From: an uncultured Chloroflexia bacterium | GTDB taxonomy: Bacteria > Chloroflexota > Anaerolineae > Aggregatilineales > Phototrophicaceae | Length of the DNA: 64,000 nucleotides | Direction of reading: 5' to 3' | Assembly (NCBI GenBank): GCA_963841085.1 | Contig: CAWJBF010000009.1 | Location: 298,669-362,668 of the forward strand | In this document: positions 1 to 10,142 of the stretch, piece after piece | Layout of the letters: every line of letters begins with the position of its first letter | Position numbering within the stretch: the first letter of the stretch is position 1 | Position numbers and translations under genes: made by a program | Notes under the pieces: generated by a model | The model's database searches: none | Told to the model about the DNA's origin: nothing | The model's input: only the letters and a program-made list of their open reading frames with translations

Positions 1-510
1 TTCACGGGGGTATCACCCGAGGAACGCACTAATCTCGAACGAGCCGCCTCCGTCGCCTGGGAGTTCGCGCAGCAGCCGCAAGACTGGCTGCTGATTATGG
101 GCAATTACGGCTCGGGCAAAACGCATCTGGCCGCCGCCATCGCCAACACGGTGCAGCAGCGCGGCAATTCGGTCATTTTTGTGACCGTGGCCGACCTGCT
201 TGACGGCCTGCGCCAGACCTTCAGCGCCGGCGCGACGATTAGCTACGACCAGCGCTTCCAATCGCTGCGCACCGCCCCGCTGCTGGTGCTCGACGACCTC
301 GGCTCGGAGGGCGGCTCGGCCTGGGCGAAAGAGAAGCTGTTCCAGATCATCAATCATCGCTATCTGGCGCGGCTGCCCACCGTCTTCACGACCTCGCGGC
401 CCATCGAGGACCTCGACCCGCGCGTGCGCACGCGCCTGCTCGACCGGCGGCGCTGCCGCGCGTACGCCATCACGGCCCCGGACTACGCGAGCCGCATCTA
501 CCGGAAGTGA
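1..510 (+). CDS. DnaC/IstB-like AAA+ ATPase (helicase loader type), 5' truncated by window edge
   Basis: Frame is open from base 1; Walker A GNYGSGKTHLAAAIAN, Walker B LLVLDDLG, and IINHRY..LPTVFTT typical of IstB_IS21/DnaC. Confidence 0.85.
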   Translation, partial: FTGVSPEERTNLERAASVAWEFAQQPQDWLLIMGNYGSGKTHLAAAIANTVQQRGNSVIFVTVADLLDGLRQTFSAGATISYDQRFQSLRTAPLLVLDDLGSEGGSAWAKEKLFQIINHRYLARLPTVFTTSRPIEDLDPRVRTRLLDRRRCRAYAITAPDYASRIYRK

Positions 511-1368
511 GCGTGCCCACTCTTACAATCACGGCCTATCAGCGCAAGCACCGCACCGCCGTGCAGGATTTGCTCGTACACAGCTACCATGTGCATACGC
601 ATCTCGACTGGCATGAGGTCGATGAGTGGCTGGCCGAGTTCGGGGTCATCGGTGCGCGTGGCCTATGCTGGCTCACGGTTAGCCGGTGTACTGGGCGTGT
701 CGGCGCCGCTGCACGGGGCCGCCTGGGTACGCCTCGCCGCCGTGCGCGACCGTCAGAATACAGCCGAGGTACTATGCGCCCTCTGGGAAGACCTGAAGCC
801 GGAACTGCGCGCGCTTGGGGCCAATCAGGCGGCCATCCTGCTGCTGCGCGATTGGCCAGCGCGTTTTCTACCCGCGCTGGGTTTCACTTTTCTGGAGAAC
901 ATCATCACGCTGCGACGCAGCGACCCGCGCGCCCCTGACGAAACGGCGCTGCCGGGCTGTATCGTGCGCCAGGCGCGAGAAGACGACCTGCCAAGTATCA
1001 TTGCGCTCGATCATGCCGCCTTTGACGCGCCGTGGCAGATGGGCGCGGCCGAATTAACCCGCGCCGAGCGTTCATCGGCGCAAAGCACGGTCGCCGTCAC
1101 CGAGACCGGCATGCTGCTCGGCTACCAGATGAGCACGCTCTATTTTGACGGCGCGCACCTGGCGCGGCTGGCCGTGCATCCGCAGACGCAGGCACGCGGC
1201 GTGGGCACGCTGCTCGTCGCCTCGATGCTGCACCAGTTCCAGCGGCGCGGGGTGTATGGCGTTTCGGTCAACACGCAGGAAAGCAACATGGTTTCGCAGC
1301 GACTGTATACGCGGCTGGGCTTTACACGTAACGGCTACGACCTGCCGGTGTGGAGGACGGGGCTATAG
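507..1368 (+). CDS. GNAT acetyltransferase (tandem GNAT, RimI-like C-terminal domain); apparent frameshift near 640-650
   Basis: GTG overlaps the upstream stop; N-terminus in ORF 507, C-terminus in ORF 589 with LAVHPQTQARGVG and N..SQRLYTRLGF acetyl-CoA motifs. Confidence 0.75.
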
Positions 1369-1396
1369 TAAGTCGCGCCCCGTTTGAACGCGCCGC

Positions 1397-1861
1397 CTAC
1401 AGCCCATTCTCCAGCGTGTACAGCGCCTCGCGGAAGGCATTGGCTTCCTCGGGCAGCAGGTTTGCGTTGACCTGCAAAATCACATTCGCGTAGGGATACA
1501 CGTAAATGACATCACGTCGCGTCTCACGGTTGGCCCGCAGCGTCTCCACGAAGGCCAGCCACTCACCCATATCGGCCGGCGACTCGAAGATCAGAAACTG
1601 GCCGCCCAGCGGCGCGACGCGCGGAATCTCAAACACGTAGCGGTCGCTGTAGCTGTTGGGCGCGCCCCTGCCCATAAGCATATCGCGGGCGACATTGTCC
1701 ACCTGCAAGCCAGCCTGCCCAAAGCTGGCGACCACATCTTCAGCCGTGAAACGCGCAAATGGCACGGCCGTAGGTTCGGGCGCGAGTAACGGGATGCTCT
1801 CACAGCCTGCAACCAGCGTGGCAATTGCGAGGATAGCGACGAGCAGGTAATGTTTTGGCAT
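1397..1861 (-). CDS. Hypothetical lipoprotein
   Basis: MPKHYLLVAILAIATLVAGC signal peptide with lipobox. Confidence 0.7.
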   Translation of the reverse strand: MPKHYLLVAILAIATLVAGCESIPLLAPEPTAVPFARFTAEDVVASFGQAGLQVDNVARDMLMGRGAPNSYSDRYVFEIPRVAPLGGQFLIFESPADMGEWLAFVETLRANRETRRDVIYVYPYANVILQVNANLLPEEANAFREALYTLENGL

Positions 1862-1906
1862 TCCGGTTTTCCTCCCACATGTGATTATACAGGCAAGGCG
1901 ATAACC

Positions 1907-2923
1907 GTGGTCTATCATGAAGCAGACGGTAATTTAGGCGTGCTGACTGGCAAGCAGGTAGCCGTGATTGGTTACGGCAACATGGGCCGACCGATTGCCC
2001 TTAATCTGCGCGACAGTGGCGTCTCCGTGCTCGTCAGTGAACCCAGTATTGATCGCCAGCTTCTGGTGCAGGCGGAAGGCTTCGCGGTCACACCCATCTC
2101 CGATGCCGTGCGCGCGGCCGACGCCGTGCTGCTGCTTGTGCGTGATGAGCATATGCCGGCGCTCTACCTGGAGCAAGTTTCGCCCCATCTTCGGCGCGGG
2201 CAGGCGCTGATTTTTAGCAGCGCCTACAACGTGACCTTTGGCTTCATTGAACCGCCGCCGTTTGTGGATGTCGGTCTGGTCTCAGCCAAAACACTCGGCG
2301 CAGCCGTGCGCGAACGCTTCCTCAGCGGCGAGGGCTTCACCAGCTTCGTCGCGGTCGCCCAGGATGCCAGCCGCAGCGCCTGGGGTGTCGTGCTGGCGCT
2401 GGCAAAAGCCATTGGCGCGCTGCGCGGTGGCGCGGTCGAAATTCAGTTCGAGCAGGAAGCCGAACTGGACTTGTTCGTACAGCAGGCGCTGCTGCCGTTG
2501 TTTCATCAGGCCATGACGACCGCTGCGCGCCTGCTCATCGAGCGTGGCTTTCCGCCCGAGGCGGTATTCACCGAACTGTACCTGTCTGGTGAAGTTTCCG
2601 ACTATCTGCATATCGCCGCCGAGCGCGGCCTGATGAATGCGCTCGATGCCCAGGGCTTGACGGCGCAGTACGGCGTACTTAGCCGGCTCGACCGCTACAG
2701 TGATCTCAAGATCGAGCGCCTCATGGAGCAGACTTTAAGCGAAGTTCGGGAAGGCAAATTCGCGCAGGAGTGGTCACGCGATTACAACGCCGACTACCCG
2801 CGCCTGCGCCAGCTACTCAAACAGCGGCAATCGCTCGACTTGTGGGTGCTCGAACAGCAGGCGCTGGCTGAATTAAAGGGCAGTGAGACAGATGTAAGCC
2901 CGGCGGCCGACGACGCATCCTGA
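1907..2923 (+). CDS. Ketol-acid reductoisomerase-like protein (divergent IlvC paralog)
   Basis: VAVIGYGNMG..ALNLRDSG Rossmann motif and class I KARI length; active-site motif reads DLFVQQ instead of DLFGEQ. Confidence 0.8.
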   Translation: MVYHEADGNLGVLTGKQVAVIGYGNMGRPIALNLRDSGVSVLVSEPSIDRQLLVQAEGFAVTPISDAVRAADAVLLLVRDEHMPALYLEQVSPHLRRGQALIFSSAYNVTFGFIEPPPFVDVGLVSAKTLGAAVRERFLSGEGFTSFVAVAQDASRSAWGVVLALAKAIGALRGGAVEIQFEQEAELDLFVQQALLPLFHQAMTTAARLLIERGFPPEAVFTELYLSGEVSDYLHIAAERGLMNALDAQGLTAQYGVLSRLDRYSDLKIERLMEQTLSEVREGKFAQEWSRDYNADYPRLRQLLKQRQSLDLWVLEQQALAELKGSETDVSPAADDAS

Positions 2924-2963
2924 GTTCAGGCAGCATCGAACCCCAATCAGGAGTCAGCCGATC

Positions 2964-3281
2964 ATGAAATATATCGTGAAGGAACGCGCCAACGGATCCG
3001 TATTGGCCGAGGGTGTGGAAGGCGAAACCGTGCGCGCGTTTGAAGGCAACCTCTATTTTGCGCCGGAAGCCGTGAACACCGAACATCTCGCGGTCACTGA
3101 CCGTATCTATACCTGCCCTTACAAAGGCGTGTGCTACTGGATCGATCTGATCAGCCCGGCCGGCCGCGCGCAGAATGTCGCCTGGGTCTACCGCGAACCC
3201 AAAACCGGCTACGAGTTCATCAAGGATCAGTGGGCCTTCTACAACCGCGATACGTCCGGCACACAGGCTGTACAAGAATAA
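2964..3281 (+). CDS. DUF427 domain protein
   Basis: EGNLYFAPEAV, TCPYKGVCYW and AWVYREPK motifs; AGGAG Shine-Dalgarno. Confidence 0.85.
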   Translation: MKYIVKERANGSVLAEGVEGETVRAFEGNLYFAPEAVNTEHLAVTDRIYTCPYKGVCYWIDLISPAGRAQNVAWVYREPKTGYEFIKDQWAFYNRDTSGTQAVQE

Positions 3282-3431
3282 CGAAACCTGTCAAGGTGGC
3301 TTCAGCCCCTTGTTAACGGTGGTTCAGCAGCAATGGGCGGAAGCAAGTTGTCTTACATGGTAAGTGAAGAAGTGGCGGCCTGACAGGGCCGCCGTTTTCT
3401 TTTACGGTCCGCGTGCGTACAATGCCGGCCC

Positions 3432-4433
3432 ATGAGCGCACACATCCAAACCCGCAAACTGAGCGCGCTGGCCCTGCCCTGGCCCGTCGATTGGGCGATG
3501 ATATTCGGGGAAGCGCGGCCGCTCATCGTCGAAATTGGCTTCGGCAGCGGCACGTATTTGCGCCATCTGGCGCGCCAGCACCCCGGCAACAGCGTCATCG
3601 GCCTCGAAATCTCGAACCAGAGCTTGCTCAAAGCCGAGCGTGCAGTCGTTCGCGAACAGCTTGCCAACGTGCGCGTCATTCACAGCCGTGCCGAAACCGC
3701 GCTGGCGCACCTGTTCGAGCCGGGCAGTCTCTGCCAGGTGCACATCAATTTCCCCGACCCGTGGTTCAAGCGCGGCCACCAGCACCGCCGCCTGATGCAG
3801 CGCGATACGCTCGACGCCATCGTCAGCCGTATGCAAACGGGCGCGCAGTTGTTTCTGGCGACCGATATTCGTGAGTACGCCGAAATGAGCGCCGAACTAC
3901 TGGCCGCAACGCCCGGCCTCACCAACCTGCTGCCACAAGCATGGGCCAGTGACATACCCGGCCGTACTGCCACCAAATACGAAGCGCGCGCGCTGGCCGA
4001 AGGCCGCGCATGCCACTACTTCGCCTATGAGCGCAATGACCAGCCTGCCCCGGCCGTGCCGGTCGTCAAGGAACTGCCCATGCCGCACCTGGTTTTCGCC
4101 ACCCCGCTAACGCTGGATGAAATGCTGGCGGCGTTCAAGCCGTTTCACGCCCACGAAGGCGCTATCCACATCGGCTTTGTCGAGGCCTATCGCGGACGCA
4201 AGACGCTGCTGTTCGAGATTCATGTGAGCGAACCCACCATCGAGCAGCACACTGGGCTGATGCTGGTGCCGCACAATCCCGGCGAATACACGCTGCAAAT
4301 GAGTACGCTCGGCCATCCACGGCCCACAGAGGGTATGCAGGTGGCTGTGCGGGCACTGGGCGAGTGGCTCGTCAATCTCTCGCCCGATGCGCGGCTCTTG
4401 CAGGCCAGCCTCAGCGGAGAAAAGCTTGAATGA
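3432..4433 (+). CDS. trmB: tRNA (guanine-N7)-methyltransferase with C-terminal extension
   Basis: VEIGFGSG, INFPDPWFK..HQHRRL, LATD, TKYE motifs. Confidence 0.92.
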   Translation: MSAHIQTRKLSALALPWPVDWAMIFGEARPLIVEIGFGSGTYLRHLARQHPGNSVIGLEISNQSLLKAERAVVREQLANVRVIHSRAETALAHLFEPGSLCQVHINFPDPWFKRGHQHRRLMQRDTLDAIVSRMQTGAQLFLATDIREYAEMSAELLAATPGLTNLLPQAWASDIPGRTATKYEARALAEGRACHYFAYERNDQPAPAVPVVKELPMPHLVFATPLTLDEMLAAFKPFHAHEGAIHIGFVEAYRGRKTLLFEIHVSEPTIEQHTGLMLVPHNPGEYTLQMSTLGHPRPTEGMQVAVRALGEWLVNLSPDARLLQASLSGEKLE

Positions 4434-4492
4434 ATCGCCAGGACGCCAAGGGTTTTCTCTCGAAAGCTCTCTTGGCGTTCTGGCGGTTCAAC
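4431..4492. repeat. Imperfect palindrome of the (A)ACCGCCAAGnnCGCCAAG...CTTGGCG family; possible bidirectional terminator
   Basis: tgaatcgccaggacgccaag...cttggcgttctggcggttca between convergent genes; relatives at 39343-39415 and 60594-60682. Confidence 0.6.
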
Positions 4493-4507
4493 TTGGTTTT
4501 TGGCGTG

Positions 4508-5185
4508 TTATGGGATGAGCGGAAGTAAAATCAGCCCCGGCTCTGTGAACAACACGGCGATGCTCTGGCCCGCGACCACCACGCCCACCGCAACGGCCGC
4601 GAAGTAGACAGCCGTCAGCAGGTTGAGCAGGTAGCCCAGCAGAATCATCAGCCCGTCGTGCTGAAGCATACCAATGGCCAGAAACAGAATCCCGTAGCCT
4701 GGAATCATGTTCGACAGCGGGATGAACGGGATCGGCAGAATCAGCAGGAAGCCGCCCAACAGCAACACGAAGCCATTGAGACGGTTGACCGTAATCGTGG
4801 CCGACAACATCCGCATACGCGGCTTGATGAAACGCTCGATTTTCGCCGATAGCTTCGAGCCGCGCTTCATCACCGCGCCCAGATGTTCGCTGGAAATGGG
4901 CCTGTCCAACACCTGGCGTGGCAGCCAGGGCACCCGATTGAGGATGATCCCCAGCGCGATCAGCATGATCATCAGGCCAAAAACAGTGCTCACGCCCGGC
5001 AGTGGTAGCGGCGTGAGGAACGGGATCGTCAGGACGATGCACAGCAGGAGCATCGAATGCTCGCCCACGGTGGAAAACAGATAGCGCACAGACACATTGC
5101 CTTCAGGCAGCGCGTCGGCGACATTGTGCAGGGTGGCGGACAGGCTGTCCTGAGTATCATGAAATTCAACCGACGTGCTGGTCAT
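4508..5185 (-). CDS. Exopolysaccharide synthesis ExoD-family membrane protein
   Basis: PLPLPGVSTVFG, PWLP, LPIPFIPLSNMIPG, HDGL motifs. Confidence 0.85.
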   Translation of the reverse strand: MTSTSVEFHDTQDSLSATLHNVADALPEGNVSVRYLFSTVGEHSMLLLCIVLTIPFLTPLPLPGVSTVFGLMIMLIALGIILNRVPWLPRQVLDRPISSEHLGAVMKRGSKLSAKIERFIKPRMRMLSATITVNRLNGFVLLLGGFLLILPIPFIPLSNMIPGYGILFLAIGMLQHDGLMILLGYLLNLLTAVYFAAVAVGVVVAGQSIAVLFTEPGLILLPLIP

Positions 5186-5266
5186 AACCGGCAGGCTCTC
5201 CTTGATTACGGCATCCAGCCATAGTGTTATAAAAGGCCCTCATCTGTCAATAGGATGTCCGCGTAA

Positions 5267-6019
5267 ATGGCCGGAATTCACACGATTTCAGGAAATTTAT
5301 GGGCGGCGGTTGGGCCGAAGAAGCCCGGATCGCCGACTCTCGTGCTCATACACGGCGCGGGCGGCAGCCATCTCGACTGGCCGGCTCCGCTTAGGCGGCT
5401 GCGCTCTGCGCGCGTCATCGCCTACGATTTGGCCGGTCATGGTCGCAGCGACGCCCCGCTTCACCAGACGATCGCCGAACACGCCGCCGACCTGATTGGG
5501 CTGCTCGATGCGCTGGAAATACCGTCCGCCGTGCTCCTCGGCCACAGCATGGGCGGTGCTATTGCGCTGCAATCCGCCCTCGATGCGCCCGATCGCGTTC
5601 AGGGCCTTGTGCTCATCAGCACGGGCGCGCGCCTGCGCGTGAGCCGCGCCATCCTGCAAGCGACCAGCAACCCGCCAGCGTTGGCAACCACCCTGCGCAC
5701 GCTGTTCTGGGGCGACGGCGTGCCGGACGCGCTCAAGGACGCCGCCGAAGCGCGCATCGCTGCGGCCGACCCCGCCGTGCTGAAGGCTGATTTCGAGGCC
5801 TGCAACGCCTTTGACATTACCAGCCAACTGAGCGAAATCAACGCGCCTGCGCTGGTCCTGTACGGCGATGCCGACGTAATGACCACGCCAGCGCTGAGTG
5901 AGGAATTGGCGGCTGAACTGCCTACCGCCAAGGCCACGTTCTTTCACGGTGCGGGTCACCGCCTGCCAGACGAGCGGCCCCAGGAGATCGCTCGGACGAT
6001 TGAACTGCTGGCTGCGTGA
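5267..6019 (+). CDS. Alpha/beta hydrolase
   Basis: IHGAGG oxyanion loop, GHSMGG nucleophile elbow, GDAD, GAGH. Confidence 0.9.
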   Translation: MAGIHTISGNLWAAVGPKKPGSPTLVLIHGAGGSHLDWPAPLRRLRSARVIAYDLAGHGRSDAPLHQTIAEHAADLIGLLDALEIPSAVLLGHSMGGAIALQSALDAPDRVQGLVLISTGARLRVSRAILQATSNPPALATTLRTLFWGDGVPDALKDAAEARIAAADPAVLKADFEACNAFDITSQLSEINAPALVLYGDADVMTTPALSEELAAELPTAKATFFHGAGHRLPDERPQEIARTIELLAA

Positions 6020-6109
6020 CCTTGCTCCCATGTAATTCGCAAGGTGTCACGGTTGGCCGGTTCGGTCTACAATCCAACCTTAATCACACAGTCCCGCATC
6101 GGAGAGCGT

Positions 6110-6544
6110 ATGCAGCATCTATCGAAGCTCACCCAATTGATGTCGGCCGCGGCCGCCGTCAGCGAGATCGCGGTGAAGGCCCAATCACATCGCTTCGGCG
6201 TGCCCGGCCCGGTCACGCTGTATGCGCACCTGGAAGGAGCGGACGTGTCGGTCGAGCGCCGCGCCCTGCCCTACCTCGAAGTCGCGGTGCAATTGCAGGC
6301 CCCGTTCGCCTGGCGCATCGCCTTCGATCAGGACGATGCAGGCGTGTATGTGGTTGCCCATCGGCGCACGCTCGTCGGCGAACTGGGCGGCGGCTCATTC
6401 AAGCTGATCGTCCGCCCGGACACTTACCTGCATCTTCGCCTCGAAGGCTGCAAACTCATCCTGCACGACCTCGACACCACGGTCGAGCTGCCACCCGACG
6501 GCACACTGCGGACAGACCCCAATCCGCCACAACCAGGCGGTTGA
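6110..6544 (+). CDS. Hypothetical protein (possibly DUF4097/adhesin-like beta fold)
   Basis: GGAG Shine-Dalgarno, typical codon usage, beta-rich sequence. Confidence 0.55.
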   Translation: MQHLSKLTQLMSAAAAVSEIAVKAQSHRFGVPGPVTLYAHLEGADVSVERRALPYLEVAVQLQAPFAWRIAFDQDDAGVYVVAHRRTLVGELGGGSFKLIVRPDTYLHLRLEGCKLILHDLDTTVELPPDGTLRTDPNPPQPGG

Positions 6545-6614
6545 TCGCCACCTGCTGAACCGTTACACTCACCACTCCGTATCGTAAGTTTTCTAGCGGA
6601 AAAGGTGACTTCCA

Positions 6615-7477
<863 letters not shown>

Positions 7478-7481
<4 letters not shown>

Positions 7482-7933
7482 GCGCCATGACCGAAATACC
7501 CAGCGCGCTGGCGGAACTGCTAACAGACTTTGAGACGATCACCGACCGAAACGAGCGCGCCGAGTTGCTGATTGAGATGGCGGATCGCTTCCCGGAAGTA
7601 CAGGTGTCACCGGAAACCGCGCAGCCGCCCTACCCGGACGAGCGCCGCGCGCCCGCCTGCGAATCCGAAGCCTACGTCTGGGCTGAAGACCTGCCCGATG
7701 GCACACTGCGCTACTCGTTCGATGTGCTCAACCCGCAAGGGCTGTCGGCTATGGCGTTCTCAGTTGTCGCCGGTGAAACGCTGTCCGGCGCGCCGCTGGA
7801 ACAGGTCGCCGCTGTGCCGGATGACATCGTGTTTCAGTTGTTCGGCAAGGAACTGACGATGGGCAAGGGTGCGGGGCTGATGGGCATCCTCACACTCGTG
7901 CGCCACGAGGCGAAGAAGCGGCTGAAGGCCTGA
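7478..7933 (+). CDS. SufE-family sulfur acceptor protein
   Basis: [10 protein letters not shown] Cys motif; translationally coupled to the rhodanese (known sseA-sufE pairing). Confidence 0.85.
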
Positions 7934-7947
7934 GCTTGATCCAGGTC

Positions 7948-8052
7948 CGCCTGAGGCTGAAGCCATGCGTTAAGCCTGCGTCCCCGTGAAGGGAGCTTTT
8001 GAAGCCCGCTTCAGCGGGCGCAGCTATAGCCTGATGGCTTCAGCCTCAGGCG
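7948..8052. repeat. REP/REPIN-like composite palindrome
   Basis: 19-bp perfect inverted repeat cgcctgaggctgaagccat / atggcttcagcctcaggcg with inner hairpin gcccgcttcagcgggc; homolog at 36956-37060. Confidence 0.8.
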
Positions 8053-8180
8053 CTAACCGGGGCGTAGTCGCTTAATCTAAGCAGCCACCGCCATACTCTG
8101 TTTCTCCGGTTTCATTTGTTAAAGAGCATTAGTCCGCCGCAGCATTGTCCTAAGCGCCCGCGCCTGGCTTGAGCGTTGGC

Positions 8181-9152
8181 CTACTGCGACCACTCGGTCG
8201 GCTTGCGATCCCAGCGGTGCTTGTCCAGTTCGGCCACCAGCGCAGGCGGCAACCACTTGTCGTCGCTGGTAGCGATATTGGCCTCGACGTGCTTTAGCTT
8301 GCGCATGCCGGGAATAACTGTCGCCACGCTGTGGTTGTAGAGCACATAGCGCAGCGCCATCTCCGCCATCGTCATGCCCTGGGGGATCAGCGGGCGCAGC
8401 GCTTCGGCACGGTCGACCGATGCGTTCAGGTTAGCCGGCACAAAATAGCTGCTGCGCCAGTCATCGGCCGGCCATGTGCTGTCCTTCGTCAGCGTGCCCG
8501 TGAGCGTGCCCTCGTCGAGTGGCACGCGCGCGATGACGGCGATGTTGAGGCCATCCGTCAGCGGGAACAAGTGATCCTTGGGCGCCTGGTCGAAGATATT
8601 GTAGATGACCTGCACGGCGTCGATCTTGCCAGTACGCAGCGTCTCAAGCACGTTGTCTGGTTCCCAGCGGTTCACGCTCACGCCAAAAGCTGCCACCTTG
8701 CCCTCGCGCTTCAGGTCTTCGCAGGCGCGCTGCCAGCGTTCATCCTTAGCCCAACTATCTTCCCACACATGAAATTGCATCAGGTCGAGCTGTTCGACGT
8801 CCATATTCTTAAGCGACTGCTCGGTCGAGCTGCGAATGTAGTCGGCAGGAAACACGTCATCCAGCAGCGCGCCGCGCCGTGACGGCCACTGGCCGTTCTT
8901 GGGCGGAATTTTCGATGCGGTGTACAGGCGCTCGTTTGGAAATGCGCGCAGCAGCCGGCCCAGCAGCACTTCGCTGTGTCCGTTGCCATAGGCCAGCGCC
9001 GTGTCGAAGAAATTGACACCCAGTTCGACCGAGCGCACCAGCGACACCATGGTCTCGGTGTCTTCCGAGCCTGTCCAGCCGGCCAAACCCCACATGCCGT
9101 AGCCAACCTCGCTCACTTTCCAGCCCAGCCGCCCAAACGGTCGATATTCCAT
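8181..9152 (-). CDS. Aldo/keto reductase
   Basis: VSEVGYGMWG, FFDTALAYG.G.SE, LDLMQFH, VQVIYNIF motifs. Confidence 0.93.
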   Translation of the reverse strand: MEYRPFGRLGWKVSEVGYGMWGLAGWTGSEDTETMVSLVRSVELGVNFFDTALAYGNGHSEVLLGRLLRAFPNERLYTASKIPPKNGQWPSRRGALLDDVFPADYIRSSTEQSLKNMDVEQLDLMQFHVWEDSWAKDERWQRACEDLKREGKVAAFGVSVNRWEPDNVLETLRTGKIDAVQVIYNIFDQAPKDHLFPLTDGLNIAVIARVPLDEGTLTGTLTKDSTWPADDWRSSYFVPANLNASVDRAEALRPLIPQGMTMAEMALRYVLYNHSVATVIPGMRKLKHVEANIATSDDKWLPPALVAELDKHRWDRKPTEWSQ

Positions 9153-9233
9153 TGTCGTCTCCCAGAGTTCTGCGTCGTATCAACGCGTGAAGTGTAGCGC
9201 GGCCCGTGCAGTCCATGCGAGTGCCAAATAGCC

Positions 9234-9440
9234 TTACAGTTCGCTGCAATCCCACATGAATCCGCAGCGGTCGCAGCGCACTTTGCACGCGCGGCGCACA
9301 GTTGGCGCACCGCAGCCCGGGCACTCGGTCGAGAGCGTGTAGTTGGGGAGCGGGCCTTCCACGCGCGGGGATAAGTGCGGCGCTTGAGAAGGAACGCTGG
9401 AGGATGCCGATTGGGAGGGCGTACGCGGCTCGTCGGACAT
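9234..9440 (-). CDS. Small Cys-rich zinc-finger protein (CPxCG...CxxCG)
   Basis: CPGCGAPTVRRACKVRCDRCGFMWDCSEL; GAG Shine-Dalgarno-like site upstream. Confidence 0.65.
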   Translation of the reverse strand: MSDEPRTPSQSASSSVPSQAPHLSPRVEGPLPNYTLSTECPGCGAPTVRRACKVRCDRCGFMWDCSEL

Positions 9441-9495
9441 GGTGCAATCTCACGGCTAACAAAAACAGGTACCCTGATAAGGATACCTGAAAGAG

Positions 9496-9566
9496 AGGCG
9501 ACGACCAGATTCGAACTGGTGATCAAGCTTTTGCAGAGCTTTGCCTTACCCCTTGGCCACGTCGCC
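9496..9566 (-). tRNA. tRNA-Cys(GCA)
   Basis: Reverse complement GGCGACGTGGCCAAGGGGTAAGGCAAAGCTCTGCAAAAGCTTGATCACCAGTTCGAATCTGGTCGTCGCCT folds into a cloverleaf; anticodon GCA, U discriminator, no encoded CCA. Confidence 0.97.
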
Positions 9567-9577
9567 GAATGAGGGGC

Positions 9578-9606
9578 ATTATAGCGGCAGGCACGGGGCT
9601 GAACAA
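9578..9606 (-). promoter_or_regulatory. sigma70-type promoter of tRNA-Cys
   Basis: TTGTTC-N17-TATAAT on the minus strand, -10 box 11 nt before the tRNA. Confidence 0.75.
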
Positions 9607-9625
9607 GGGCAGGCGGAGCATGAAT

Positions 9626-10006
9626 CAGGGCTATCGCATCAAAATTGAGCATCACGTACGAACCTATCCCCAGACCCGCAACGCGCCCGCACCTCGCTTA
9701 TCCGCGACCACCCGATCCACCACAACGTCGCCTGCAGCGCGCGCACCTGTTCTATGATGAAACCGTGCCCCATTGCCACGCAGGACGATTGCAAACCACC
9801 ATGCCCCGCCGCTGTGCATCCAGTGTCCTGTATTCTGTCCGTTTGTCCGGCTCGTTTTCCCCTCAGAGGTGTCCCACTGTCTTAAATCTGTCTCGCTGTC
9901 CGGCTCCGCCAAAAGCTCACAACAAGGCCCCCCGCATCTTCCACGCGCGGTAAGGGGGTTCGGGGGTCAGGTTTGTACCTGAGCCAGTTTTGAGGCAATC
10001 GCCCTG
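9626..10006. mobile_element. Non-autonomous ISAs1-like element (MITE), copy A, 381 bp
   Basis: Terminal IRs cagggctatcgcatcaaaa / ttttgaggcaatcgccctg; perfect 10-bp target duplication GAGCATGAAT (9616-9625 and 10007-10016). Confidence 0.92.
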
Positions 10007-10142
10007 GAGCATGAATGAGCCGATTACGGCGGCGCGACAAACACATGGAGTCACTCTGTGGAACGGGTAAGTTTTGAGCACCATGTAACGGTAATCACCC
10101 TGCTCCTTGCGCGCACGCGCCAGAATCGGCACAATCGGAGGT

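Noticed and set aside
1-510. IS21 transposition helper IstB implying an IS at the window start
   Set aside because: No terminal IR follows, and the gene is translationally coupled to a GNAT gene; a chromosomal DnaC-like loader is more likely.
9496-10006. Integrative element or prophage at tRNA-Cys
   Set aside because: The inserted element is upstream of the tRNA 5' end. There is no integrase and no duplicated tRNA 3' end.
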